Below are positions 55,387 to 64,000 of a stretch of 64,000 nucleotides of DNA, piece by piece. Both the position numbers and the translations under genes were made by a program. Positions within the stretch are counted from its first letter, which is position 1. Every line of letters begins with the position of its first letter. The notes beneath the pieces are model-generated. The model did not search any database, was not told the DNA's origin, and saw only the letters and a program-made list of their open reading frames with translations. This stretch comes from a virus (taxonomy: Duplodnaviria > Caudoviricetes). The stretch is taken from positions 1 to 64,000 of the IMG/VR virus record IMGVR_UViG_2886098363_000001. One strand, 5' to 3'.

Positions 55387-58376
55387 TGGCAAAACCGGCA
55401 TATCGAGCAGGGCGGGATCAGGCCGCAACTTTTGAAAACGTTGAGCTGCTAACTGGGCAACGTGGCGACAAGCTGGATAAGGCCGTCACCTTTCGCGAGC
55501 TGAATGCTCTAGGGTTGGCCACGTTGCGCCCTGGTGCTGGCGGTATCTATGTGCCGGGTAAGAACCCGGATCTCTTTCCTGTTGGCATCTACGACAAGCC
55601 ACATGCACCGGTAAACGTGCAGGCCAGCGGTGCGTTTCATACCGTGCTGGTTGATTGGGACGGGCCTACTTACCGTGGGCATTCCCACGCCGAGGTGTGG
55701 CGGGCGGAGACGGACAGTCTACCCGCCGCGATGTTGGTCGGCACTACTATCGCCAATATGTTCTCTGACGCCATCGGCAAAGGGGCCAAGTTTTACTACT
55801 GGGTCAGGTTCGTCAATGGCAAAGACGACAGCGGCCCGTTCCAGGGTGAGCATGGCGTTGTGGCTGAAACCAGCCGGGATGTGCAGGATATTCTTGACGA
55901 ATTGCAGGGGAAGATTGAAAGCAGCCACCTTGCGCAGGAACTGCTCAAGCCCATTCTCGATGTGCCGCAACTGTCAGTCATTGTCAACGAAACCAAGGCT
56001 AATCTTGCTGCGCTGGATGCCAGAGAGAAGCAGATAAATGATCTCCTAAACCATGCTCAGGGTCAGCTGGGTGACAACTACATCAATGTCACGCTGATTC
56101 AGGAGCAACTGCGCCAGCTGATCAACGGCTACCAGACCGATTTTGAGGACTTCCGTAATGCGGTGTTCTCGGTTAATCCGAGCACCGGCGAGATCACCAT
56201 GGAGGCGGTCAACGCCGTCAGATCAGAGCTCGGCGCGCAAATCACCCAAGTCAGCCAGCACCTTGATGCTGTCGAGGCCATCGTCAAGACCTGTGTTACC
56301 AGAGCTGAGATTAGTGGAGATCTGGAGAAGATCACCTCCATTGAGCAGCAGATAGACGGCATTAATGGAAAGCTGACCCAGACAGCTACAAAGTCTGAGG
56401 TTACCGCTGTCGGGTCACAGGTGACGCAAGTTGGGCAGGAACTGGATGTTGTAAAGGGGGCCTTGACGCAGAAGGCGGCTAAAACGGAAATGGACGCACA
56501 AGGCCAGCGCCTTACCATTGCCGAGCAGCAGATCAGTGCTAACACTACCGCAAACTCTGCTACCGCCGAGCGCATCGAGCAACTCAAGAGTGAGCTGCAA
56601 CTGGCAGACCAGACCATCAAGAGCTCCATCACAGAGCTGGCTCAGAGCGTAGCCACCGACACGCAAGCACTGGCGCAGAAGATGAGCGCCATGGAAGTGG
56701 CCATGAATGGCAATGCAGCTGCCATCAGTGAGTTGAAGCAGGCCGTATCAGGCGATGGACAATCGCTCGCCAGCAAATTTGAAAACATCAGTGCTAGTGT
56801 GGATCTGACCGGTGATGCCGCTATCGGCGCCACGCTGGCAGGCGCCGAAGAGAGTGACCGCCAGCGCAAGGCGACCGGCAAGATCCGGCGTGAGCAGAAG
56901 GTGATTAGCGACCAGCAGCAGGCAATGGCTACCACCCTTGAGCAGCTTGATGCAGAGTTTCAGGCTGAGTCAGCTGATTTGCGCGGCCAAATCATCAACG
57001 AACAGACCGTGCGCGCCACGGAAACAGGCGCATTGGCTCAGCGGGTCGGCACGGTTGAAGCAGAGTTCAAGGCAGCCGACAAAACATTTAGTGCCAATAT
57101 CTCCGAGGTGGCAAAGACCAGCGCTGATGCAGATGCATCGCTGGCCACCCAGATCCAGCAGATTACTGCCGACTATCAAGGGGAAGATGAGCGTCTGACC
57201 GCTCAGATTACAGAGGAGTCCACTGCTCGGGCCAACGCAGTACAGTCGCTGGCCAGCCAGATAAACACGGTTTCCGCCGTCGCCGGCAGTAAGAACAAGA
57301 CATTCTTCCAAGCCACTGCCCCAGGGTCAGCGATGGGCACCGGTGATCTGTGGTTTGACACAGCCAACAACAACAGGCCGTACCGTTACAGTGGTACTGC
57401 TTGGGTTGCCACTGACGACCCGAGGATTGCAGCCAATGCCGCCGCCGTTCAACTCCAGAGCCAAGCTATTGCCGACTTGCAAAATGGTGCCCAGGCCATG
57501 TGGACGGCGAAAGCCAGCGCGGGCCAGATCACTGCCGGGATAGGGTTGATTGCAAACTCTGACGGCACGAGTCAGGTGGCTATCTCTGCCTCTCAGGTGT
57601 TCGTATTCAACCCGAATAGCTCAACGCCCATGGCGCCGCTGTTTGCCATCGACAACGGGCAGGCCGTGATTGCCGAGGCCATCATCCGAAAGGCCACCAT
57701 CCAGATCATCCAGTCAGAGAAGATCACCGCCGACTACATCAAAGCTGGGGTCAGCATGTCGGCGCCTGCGATCTCGGGCGGTTCCATCGATATGGGCAAT
57801 GCCTTCCTGTCTGGCGGGGCAGCAGGGTTCGGTAAAGGCGGGCCTTATGCCAGTTGGGGATTCGGCTGGTACACGATGATCTATGCGGACGGCAGCATCT
57901 ATACCAATCGACTTCGTGCAGAAGGCGGTTATGTGAAGAACATGACTATGAACAACTGCACGATTGCTGCCGATTGCGTGGTCCTGGGGACGTTGGAAGC
58001 GGATCGGATTGTGGGTGATATCACAAGGATGATCAGGGCGTCAGGTAACTTCTCTTTGACAGGTTACAAGCGAGCCAGAAACATGGTCTGCATCAAACCA
58101 CTCACAGGTCTAGCAGAGGTTTCCGGAGCCGGCACGATAGGGCTCATATTGTTGTGCAAGCTCAACGGCACTGAAGTAGCCAGGGCTACGTCCACAGCCT
58201 CGTTCCCTGTGGGTACGAATAGAGCGCCAATGAGTGTGACCTTCCAAGATGCTTTCGTGATCCCCGCTGGGACTGAGACCGTCAACATCACCTTCGAAGT
58301 GGTGGCCTATCCTGGGTCATCTATCCAGAACCAGCGCCTTATCGGGGAGAGCCTATGGCTGATGGGTCTATGGTGA
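55386..58376 (+). CDS. Host-specificity/tail protein (J-like C-terminal DUF1983-type region)
   Basis: ENVELLTGQRG..LDKAVTFREL; coiled-coil middle; AGIGLIA..SQVAISASQVFVF. Confidence 0.85.
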   Translation: MAKPAYRAGRDQAATFENVELLTGQRGDKLDKAVTFRELNALGLATLRPGAGGIYVPGKNPDLFPVGIYDKPHAPVNVQASGAFHTVLVDWDGPTYRGHSHAEVWRAETDSLPAAMLVGTTIANMFSDAIGKGAKFYYWVRFVNGKDDSGPFQGEHGVVAETSRDVQDILDELQGKIESSHLAQELLKPILDVPQLSVIVNETKANLAALDAREKQINDLLNHAQGQLGDNYINVTLIQEQLRQLINGYQTDFEDFRNAVFSVNPSTGEITMEAVNAVRSELGAQITQVSQHLDAVEAIVKTCVTRAEISGDLEKITSIEQQIDGINGKLTQTATKSEVTAVGSQVTQVGQELDVVKGALTQKAAKTEMDAQGQRLTIAEQQISANTTANSATAERIEQLKSELQLADQTIKSSITELAQSVATDTQALAQKMSAMEVAMNGNAAAISELKQAVSGDGQSLASKFENISASVDLTGDAAIGATLAGAEESDRQRKATGKIRREQKVISDQQQAMATTLEQLDAEFQAESADLRGQIINEQTVRATETGALAQRVGTVEAEFKAADKTFSANISEVAKTSADADASLATQIQQITADYQGEDERLTAQITEESTARANAVQSLASQINTVSAVAGSKNKTFFQATAPGSAMGTGDLWFDTANNNRPYRYSGTAWVATDDPRIAANAAAVQLQSQAIADLQNGAQAMWTAKASAGQITAGIGLIANSDGTSQVAISASQVFVFNPNSSTPMAPLFAIDNGQAVIAEAIIRKATIQIIQSEKITADYIKAGVSMSAPAISGGSIDMGNAFLSGGAAGFGKGGPYASWGFGWYTMIYADGSIYTNRLRAEGGYVKNMTMNNCTIAADCVVLGTLEADRIVGDITRMIRASGNFSLTGYKRARNMVCIKPLTGLAEVSGAGTIGLILLCKLNGTEVARATSTASFPVGTNRAPMSVTFQDAFVIPAGTETVNITFEVVAYPGSSIQNQRLIGESLWLMGLW

Positions 58377-58732
58377 GGGCTGCTTTGAACCGCATAGTCA
58401 GGGATACCGGGAATCCTAATCTCCCTCTCAAACTGCAAGACGCCATCCGAAACCGGATGGCGTTTTTGTTTGTGCGCGGTGCTGACGGGTTTGTGCTCAA
58501 GCCGCTGGCCGAAGATGGCGTGATCGGCGTCCTGGTCTGGGTGGGGTGGGGGGATGGCGGGGCGCCTGAGCGGCACCTGCCGGAAGTGAAGCGCATGGCA
58601 CGCCTGATTGGGGCACGCTGGCTGCGCTTCCACTCGGCGCGTAAGGGGTGGCTCAAGGTTGCGCCAAGAATGGGATGGGTCCGTCAGCCGGATGATGCTG
58701 ATGGGCTCTATGTGTTTCAGATCAACCTATGA
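58370..58732 (+). CDS. Conserved protein, GNAT-like fold suspected
   Basis: Coupled to the tail gene; position matches 933W-like modules. Confidence 0.6.
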   Translation: MVRAALNRIVRDTGNPNLPLKLQDAIRNRMAFLFVRGADGFVLKPLAEDGVIGVLVWVGWGDGGAPERHLPEVKRMARLIGARWLRFHSARKGWLKVAPRMGWVRQPDDADGLYVFQINL

Positions 58733-58739
58733 GGTGTAG

Positions 58740-59375
58740 GTGATGGGGAAGGGTGGCTCGAACGAAATTCAGGAGACCGAGGCTCAGAAGGCTGCGGCCA
58801 GTGTGGCCATGGAGCAGTGGGATCTCTACAAGAACGACCTGCAGAAATACGAGGACATCTTCATCGAGAAGGTGGATGACCTCAACAGCGAGGGGGAGTT
58901 CGACAAACTGGCGGGCACCGCAGCGCTTGGCACCGCGAAAACTTTTGGCGAGGCCCGAGCTGGCTTGGCTGATTCCATGGCTGCCAGCGGGGCAGACCCG
59001 ACCAGTGGCCGGTACCAGGAGGCAATGGAAGGCCTGGCAACTGACCAGGCATTGAGCCAGACGGACACCGCCAACCGGGCCCAATCCAGCCAGCAGGACA
59101 AGCATGTTGCTGGGCTCAAGGATGTGGTGAGCATTGGCGCGGGGCAGAAGGCTGAATCTATGGCTGGTATGGGGGATGTGGCCACAACCAGCTTGCGCAA
59201 GGCAACCAGTGACGCACAGAGCTCTTATCAAAGCCAGCAGGCGACGACTGGTTTGGTGGGGACCCTGGCAGGAGCTGCCACCTCGTATGGGCTGGCCAGC
59301 CTGAAAGCGCCGGCTGCAACGGAGATCAAGAAAATCAGCCCGACAGCATCCGTGCTGCAGGGCAAGGGTTACTAA
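58740..59375 (+). CDS. Internal virion (ejection) protein
   Basis: MGKGGS start; Ala/Gly/Gln-rich. Confidence 0.7.
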   Translation: MMGKGGSNEIQETEAQKAAASVAMEQWDLYKNDLQKYEDIFIEKVDDLNSEGEFDKLAGTAALGTAKTFGEARAGLADSMAASGADPTSGRYQEAMEGLATDQALSQTDTANRAQSSQQDKHVAGLKDVVSIGAGQKAESMAGMGDVATTSLRKATSDAQSSYQSQQATTGLVGTLAGAATSYGLASLKAPAATEIKKISPTASVLQGKGY

Positions 59376-59384
59376 GGGGGTTCC

Positions 59385-59765
59385 ATGGGTTACGCCGCAG
59401 ACACTTACGCCAAAATCACCCGAGAGCAGTACCAGGACTGGAAGACGCGCTTCTACCCCAAGCAGCAGGAACTGATGGAACTGGCCACCAACGGCCAGTT
59501 GCTGCGGGAGCAACTGGGGCGGGTGGATGAGAACAACGCCAACGCGCTCCGCTCAGCTCAGCAGGCTACGGCCAACCGCAATGCGCGGATGGGGCTGGGC
59601 ACCAGCAGCAATGCCAATGATAACAGCCAGGGGCTGCGCATGGCGCTGATGACGGCAGGCACCGAGAACGGCCTGCGTGAACAGGAGCAGACCCGGCAAA
59701 TGGGGATCCTGACCGGCGCGGATGCGGGGCTGCGTGAGGCAATTAAAACCGGAGGGGGTGTGTGA
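59385..59765 (+). CDS. Internal virion protein
   Basis: Coupled ORF in the ejection cluster. Confidence 0.7.
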   Translation: MGYAADTYAKITREQYQDWKTRFYPKQQELMELATNGQLLREQLGRVDENNANALRSAQQATANRNARMGLGTSSNANDNSQGLRMALMTAGTENGLREQEQTRQMGILTGADAGLREAIKTGGGV

Positions 59766-60022
59766 TGGGGTACGGCATTTTGGATATCGGCGGTCAGACT
59801 CGCCAGCAAGGTCTGGCAGGCCTGCGCGATGCGGCCAACAGAGAGTCGGAGATGGAGGCTGCCAACAAGAGTCTCAAGACCGCTCGCAAGGGGCAAACCC
59901 TGAGCACCATCGGCACTGGCGCATCGATGGGCGCCATGTTGGGCATGGCGGGTTCACTCGGTGGCCCTCTGGGCGCACTGGCAGGTGCTGGGGTTGGTTT
60001 TCTGGCAGACAGCTTGTTTTAA
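59762..60022 (+). CDS. Small Gly-zipper internal virion protein
   Basis: GASMGAMLGMAGSLGGPLGALAGAGVG. Confidence 0.7.
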   Translation: MMGYGILDIGGQTRQQGLAGLRDAANRESEMEAANKSLKTARKGQTLSTIGTGASMGAMLGMAGSLGGPLGALAGAGVGFLADSLF

Positions 60023-60028
60023 GGAGGC

Positions 60029-61432
60029 ATGATGAGCGTATCGGGATTGGCGGAAGGTTTTCTGGCTGGCTTCAACACCATGGACCGTTATCAACGTGGC
60101 CAGAAAGAAGATGAGCGGATGGATAAGGCCATGGGCCTGCGAGATGCCATGTGGCAGAACGAGCAGGAGCGGCAGAAAGTGGCAGATGAGCGCTACCAGA
60201 GCGAGCTGGCGTACCGCGAGGGGCGCGATAAGCTGGCGGATGCCAAGTATGACAGGCAGTTCGCCCTCACCGAGCGGCAGATGAAGGCGTCAGAGGCGCG
60301 AGCCGGTGCTGCTGAACGGCGAGCGGCGGCACAGGAAGCTCGGCAGCAGCAGGAGTATGAGTGGCAAAAGACACTGCGGGACAAGCAGCTTTTCCAGCAG
60401 GAGAACCTGCCAATTTACCAATCTGGCTGGCAACTATTGCGAGAGGGTAAAGACCCTGGAGAGCAATTTTGGGCGGCAGCTAAGGACGAGCGAGCAGGTC
60501 TATTTAACCCTCATCGCTGGGTGGAGCCGGGTGCACTTGACAAATCTACCTACGTAGTCAAACACACCGGCAATCTTATGAATTTGCTCAAAGATGGCAA
60601 ATTGGACCCCAGCACGCCGGAAGGGAATGCACTGATTAATGACGCTAAATACCTTGAGGGAATGGACTATTTGTATCGGGATGAGGTGCGTAAAGGTGTG
60701 GGAGATATAGATCCCGCCAGCGGCAAGACCATCACCGATAAGAAACTGGCGAATATGATGATCACCCCTGATGGAAGAGGCTTGGTGTTGGGGGTGGAGG
60801 TCACCTATAACGATGGCAGCAAGGATGTGCGCCCAGTAACGAATAACCGAACTTCTGCGCCGGATGACCACCCCAAGGTGATACCCATCAATGACTTCCT
60901 GAAGCCTGCCTTCCAGCGAGCAGCTTTAGTAAAGGAGATTTCCTCCAAAGCAGGCGACATAAGTAGATGGATAGGCCTGGCGGCCGGGCCTGATCAGGGT
61001 GGCTACAAGAAGGCGGTCACCGAGCTGGAGAAGCAGCACGGCCAGAACAGGGCGCGCATCTCTGCCAGCAACGCAGAGGATAAAGACTTGCAACTGGATG
61101 CGCTGGACGCCCAGCTGGAGCAGAGCAAGGCGGCGTTGGCCGACACCTTCGGCATGACTTCCAAAGCTGAGGAGAAGGAGGCGGGTACCCCTATCAAAGA
61201 GTGGACTGGCGGCGATCCCGAGCGCCTGCAGTTCGTGAAGGAGGCCAACCAACATGGCAAACTGAGCAGTCTGCTGGATTCCCCGGCCAAGATGAACATG
61301 GCCTTTGAGCTTTGGCGCCAGCAGGCGGCCAAACAGCGGCAGACTGAGCAGGCTACCGTCACGGCCAATCGACTCCGTGACACGGAGACCAACGCCTATC
61401 AGGCAATGAGCCTGGCCCAGGCTCGCCGATAG
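60029..61432 (+). CDS. Internal virion (ejection) protein
   Basis: MSVSGLAEGFLAGF; coiled-coil; 467 aa. Confidence 0.75.
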   Translation: MMSVSGLAEGFLAGFNTMDRYQRGQKEDERMDKAMGLRDAMWQNEQERQKVADERYQSELAYREGRDKLADAKYDRQFALTERQMKASEARAGAAERRAAAQEARQQQEYEWQKTLRDKQLFQQENLPIYQSGWQLLREGKDPGEQFWAAAKDERAGLFNPHRWVEPGALDKSTYVVKHTGNLMNLLKDGKLDPSTPEGNALINDAKYLEGMDYLYRDEVRKGVGDIDPASGKTITDKKLANMMITPDGRGLVLGVEVTYNDGSKDVRPVTNNRTSAPDDHPKVIPINDFLKPAFQRAALVKEISSKAGDISRWIGLAAGPDQGGYKKAVTELEKQHGQNRARISASNAEDKDLQLDALDAQLEQSKAALADTFGMTSKAEEKEAGTPIKEWTGGDPERLQFVKEANQHGKLSSLLDSPAKMNMAFELWRQQAAKQRQTEQATVTANRLRDTETNAYQAMSLAQARR

Positions 61433-61542
61433 TTGCCTTTCACCTACCCCAGCGTTAGCATCTCTCCATCGTCGATCAGTCTGCATGCTGATCGCCCCAT
61501 CTCAAAAGCCCCGAACGGTTCGCCGCTCGGGGCTTTTCTTTT
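61433..61542 (+). promoter_or_regulatory. pR'-like cassette 4
   Basis: TTGCCT-17-TAGCAT, CATCGT 5 nt later, terminator AAAAGCCCCG..CGGGGCTTTT at 61504-61542. Confidence 0.65.
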
Positions 61543-61562
61543 GCTCGAAATCCGAGGACACC

Positions 61563-64000
61563 ATGGACAAACCTGGACTGCGTGACGCCCTGCCACAACC
61601 GCGACAATCTGACACTCGTAATGACCCCTTCTGGAGCTCGCTCGATAGCAGCCTGTCTGCCGCAGCGGCTGCAACACCCCAACCATCCGAGCCTGTAGCC
61701 AAACGTGATCTTGATGTCGGCCTGGGCGATGTCGCCCGCGGGGTGGGCGCTGGCGCACTTGATCTGGTGGGCGGCATTGGTGAGCTGGCACGGCAGGCAA
61801 GCAACTTCGGCAAAGAGAATGCCGGGAAGCAGGGGGGCGACTACCTGGAACAGGCTCGTGCCAATATGGCCAACAAACTGAGCCCGGTTCTGGATGTGGT
61901 CGCAGGTGCAGGCGATCTGGCCGCGTCTGGGGCGGAATCACTGAATGATGGGATGAGTGCTGACGCCAAGGAGGCACTGGGACGCCGACTGGTCGATGAA
62001 ACGCCAGAAGGCCGGTTGACCCTGGGGGATGGCGCAGGGGATATCGATGTCTGGGCGATGAAAATGGCGCAGGGCGTTGGCTCTTTGCTACCGACACTCG
62101 CCGCTGGCGGGGTGACTGGGGTGGCCGCCAAAGCCTCTATCGGCCGCGCTGTCACTGCATCCATGGTCAAGCGTGGCGCGACCCAGGAGGTAGCCGAAGC
62201 GGTCGCCGCCAAGGCAGTATCCAAAATTGCCACCGGCGCCGCTGTGACCACTGGGGCGACAGGATCGGTGGGCAGTGCCGGGGTGAACACTCGAGACACC
62301 GTGCTGGGCATGAGCTTTGACGAGCTGGCGGCCAGCGATACCTTCCGCCAAGCGTTCACTCGCATCGACCAGGATCAGCAGACCGCCTATCTCTCTGATG
62401 AGGAAAAGCTGGGGCTGGCCCGGGAGGAAACGGCCAACTTGGCCAGCCGCGCCACCATGAGTGATGCCAAGGTGTGGGGAGCTGCCGCCATGGGCTCCAT
62501 GATGGGCGACGCCATGCTGTTCAAGATGCTGGCTGGCAAGGCGGCCACCGGTGGAGTGCTGAAAGGTGCTGCCAAGGGGGCGGCAGGTGAGGGTATCAGC
62601 GAAACCCTGGAGGAGGGGGTGCAGCAATACGCCGTCAACGAATCCCTCAACGAGGTGGCCGCCGCTGATATCGACCCGATGAAGGGGGTCATGTCGAGCG
62701 CGATCGAGGGCGGCTTGATAGGGATGGGGACAGGTGGTGCGGTAGGTGCTGTCGGTGGGGCGCGAGGCGGTAAGCATGCCAGCCAGGAAGATGGCGTTGG
62801 GACCGATCCGGTTGCAGAGCCTTCCGCGCCGGTGACGGAGGGCGCTGCTGGTCCGGCAGTGGATCCGAACTTTGCTTCTGTTCCACTGGAAGAAGGCGAG
62901 CAGGCGCCATCCGCCTCGCAGGCCGAGGGGGAGCTGAATCCGCTCGGCCCCAGCGCAAGCCAGTTTGACGAGCTGCGTGATGTGCCGGCCTATCTGCGTC
63001 AAGACGATACCGCCGATCGCTACAAGGGGATGGCGGCTGATAGCGAGGTGCAGCGCGCCTTGGCGGGTGAGTTCGGCCAGACCGTGCAGGAGCTGGTTGC
63101 CTCCCAGATGAAGGCTGGCGATCAGGGCAAGAGCCTTTATGAGCGAGCTCAGGCTGGTGAGCTTGGGCTTGACCCGTTCGCGGGTAACAAGAGCGCCCAG
63201 CAGGTAGCCATGGAGAACCAGCGCCTAGCCCTGCCGCTCAAGGATGTGATCTTTGCAGGTGACGCCAATGCCAAGCCCAAGGGAGAGGCGTTGGCTGCAC
63301 CAGGGGATCACGATGATCATCAGGCCGGTCCCGGCCCGCAGTTTCGTGGCACAGAGCGCACCCGGTGGCAGAGCGGGCAGGAAGGCGACCTGCTTCCGCC
63401 AGAGCGTGATCCGCGGTATTACGCTGCCGAGGCGCTGCCCGGAGCCACTATCGAGGGTGAAGGGCGCGAAGTCGGCACCGAGTTGCCACACCGTAATGTG
63501 GTGTACGGCACAGATGGCCGCCCGGCACAGCAGCAAGCTGCCAATCTGGCACAGCGCGAGCGTGAGTTAGCCAACCAGCCGCCCCAGATCGGCCAATCAG
63601 ACACCATCTTTGCCGGTGGTGCGTCGGGCAGCGACCCGCGCAACAGCGCCTATACCCCGCCCAAGCTATCCCGCGATCAGGTGGATGGCTCACTCGATAC
63701 CCAATCAACCCGCGACCCGCGCAGCGAGGTAGCCCGTTCGATTGAGGGGGCAGGCAAGGACACCGATTCAGTATTCGGCCCGCTCCAGACACTCCGAATC
63801 ACCCGCAAAGGCAAGCCGTTCGCAACCGAGAAAGAGGCGGCCATGGCCAGCCGCAAGGGCCAGGAGATGCCGGTGCCGCTCAATGGAGGTGGCTTTGGGG
63901 TAGCGGCTATCGGTGAGGTGCAACAGGCCCAAGCGCAGCAGGGCGGAGTCAAGCAACCGTCAAGCAATTCGGCCCAGCAGGATCGCCAAGACGGAAAGAC
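61563..64000 (+). CDS. Very large internal virion protein, N-terminal part (truncated by window)
   Basis: GAGG RBS; MDKPGLRDALPQ...; I read the start of the frame by hand, and its absence from the ORF track fits no stop in the window; position of the giant ejection protein in 933W-like phages. Confidence 0.75.
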   Translation, partial: MDKPGLRDALPQPRQSDTRNDPFWSSLDSSLSAAAAATPQPSEPVAKRDLDVGLGDVARGVGAGALDLVGGIGELARQASNFGKENAGKQGGDYLEQARANMANKLSPVLDVVAGAGDLAASGAESLNDGMSADAKEALGRRLVDETPEGRLTLGDGAGDIDVWAMKMAQGVGSLLPTLAAGGVTGVAAKASIGRAVTASMVKRGATQEVAEAVAAKAVSKIATGAAVTTGATGSVGSAGVNTRDTVLGMSFDELAASDTFRQAFTRIDQDQQTAYLSDEEKLGLAREETANLASRATMSDAKVWGAAAMGSMMGDAMLFKMLAGKAATGGVLKGAAKGAAGEGISETLEEGVQQYAVNESLNEVAAADIDPMKGVMSSAIEGGLIGMGTGGAVGAVGGARGGKHASQEDGVGTDPVAEPSAPVTEGAAGPAVDPNFASVPLEEGEQAPSASQAEGELNPLGPSASQFDELRDVPAYLRQDDTADRYKGMAADSEVQRALAGEFGQTVQELVASQMKAGDQGKSLYERAQAGELGLDPFAGNKSAQQVAMENQRLALPLKDVIFAGDANAKPKGEALAAPGDHDDHQAGPGPQFRGTERTRWQSGQEGDLLPPERDPRYYAAEALPGATIEGEGREVGTELPHRNVVYGTDGRPAQQQAANLAQRERELANQPPQIGQSDTIFAGGASGSDPRNSAYTPPKLSRDQVDGSLDTQSTRDPRSEVARSIEGAGKDTDSVFGPLQTLRITRKGKPFATEKEAAMASRKGQEMPVPLNGGGFGVAAIGEVQQAQAQQGGVKQPSSNSAQQDRQDGK

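Larger units (their letters stand above)
15078..64000. mobile_element. Temperate lambdoid prophage with 933W-like short-tail morphogenesis module (continues past window)
   Basis: Order int-xis-recombination-cI/cro-O/DnaB-nin-Q-lysis-terS/L-portal-capsid-tail. Confidence 0.95.

Noticed and set aside
51633-58376. Diversity-generating retroelement or invertible tail-fibre shufflon
   Set aside because: No reverse transcriptase, template/variable repeat pair, invertase or inverted crossover sites were seen in the window.
1-64000. Self-target of the GGC-NN guides within this window
   Set aside because: A partial manual scan found only short partial matches (e.g. near 39611 and 52585). It was not exhaustive, so no target is claimed.

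Overview
The window holds two mobile elements stacked at a tmRNA (ssrA) 3' end, probably in an Aeromonas-like gammaproteobacterium (host is inferred). (1) Positions 1-15077 are the right part of a CP4-57/P4-integrase-type island. It carries an integrase, H-NS plus a truncated H-NS, an inovirus-Gp2-like gene, DUF3987, AlpA, an AT-rich 688-aa orphan, a DUF932/YqaJ recombination module interrupted by a toxin-antitoxin pair, and two exported proteins. (2) Positions 15078-64000 are a temperate lambdoid prophage that runs off the right edge. It has int/xis, a C4-type RNA-controlled antirepressor, rdgC, dam, RecE/Bet, cI/cro, O/DnaB replication, nin genes, Q, a lysis cassette and a 933W-like short-tail virion module. 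The top finding is at 28394-29704: two 62-nt noncoding units, each of 11 in-phase GGC-NN pentamers with variable dinucleotides and flanking hairpins, directly upstream of a small RAMP/Cas7-like gene and a coupled partner gene. This is a candidate RNA-guided system and matches my recollection of VIPR-type systems. Other notable items are a LAGLIDADG intein inside Bet, four matching promoter-pause-terminator (pR'/qut-like) cassettes across the late operon, a three-domain candidate nucleotide-sponge moron, and the H-NS/truncated-H-NS pair. Product calls come from motif recognition by eye; no searches were run.
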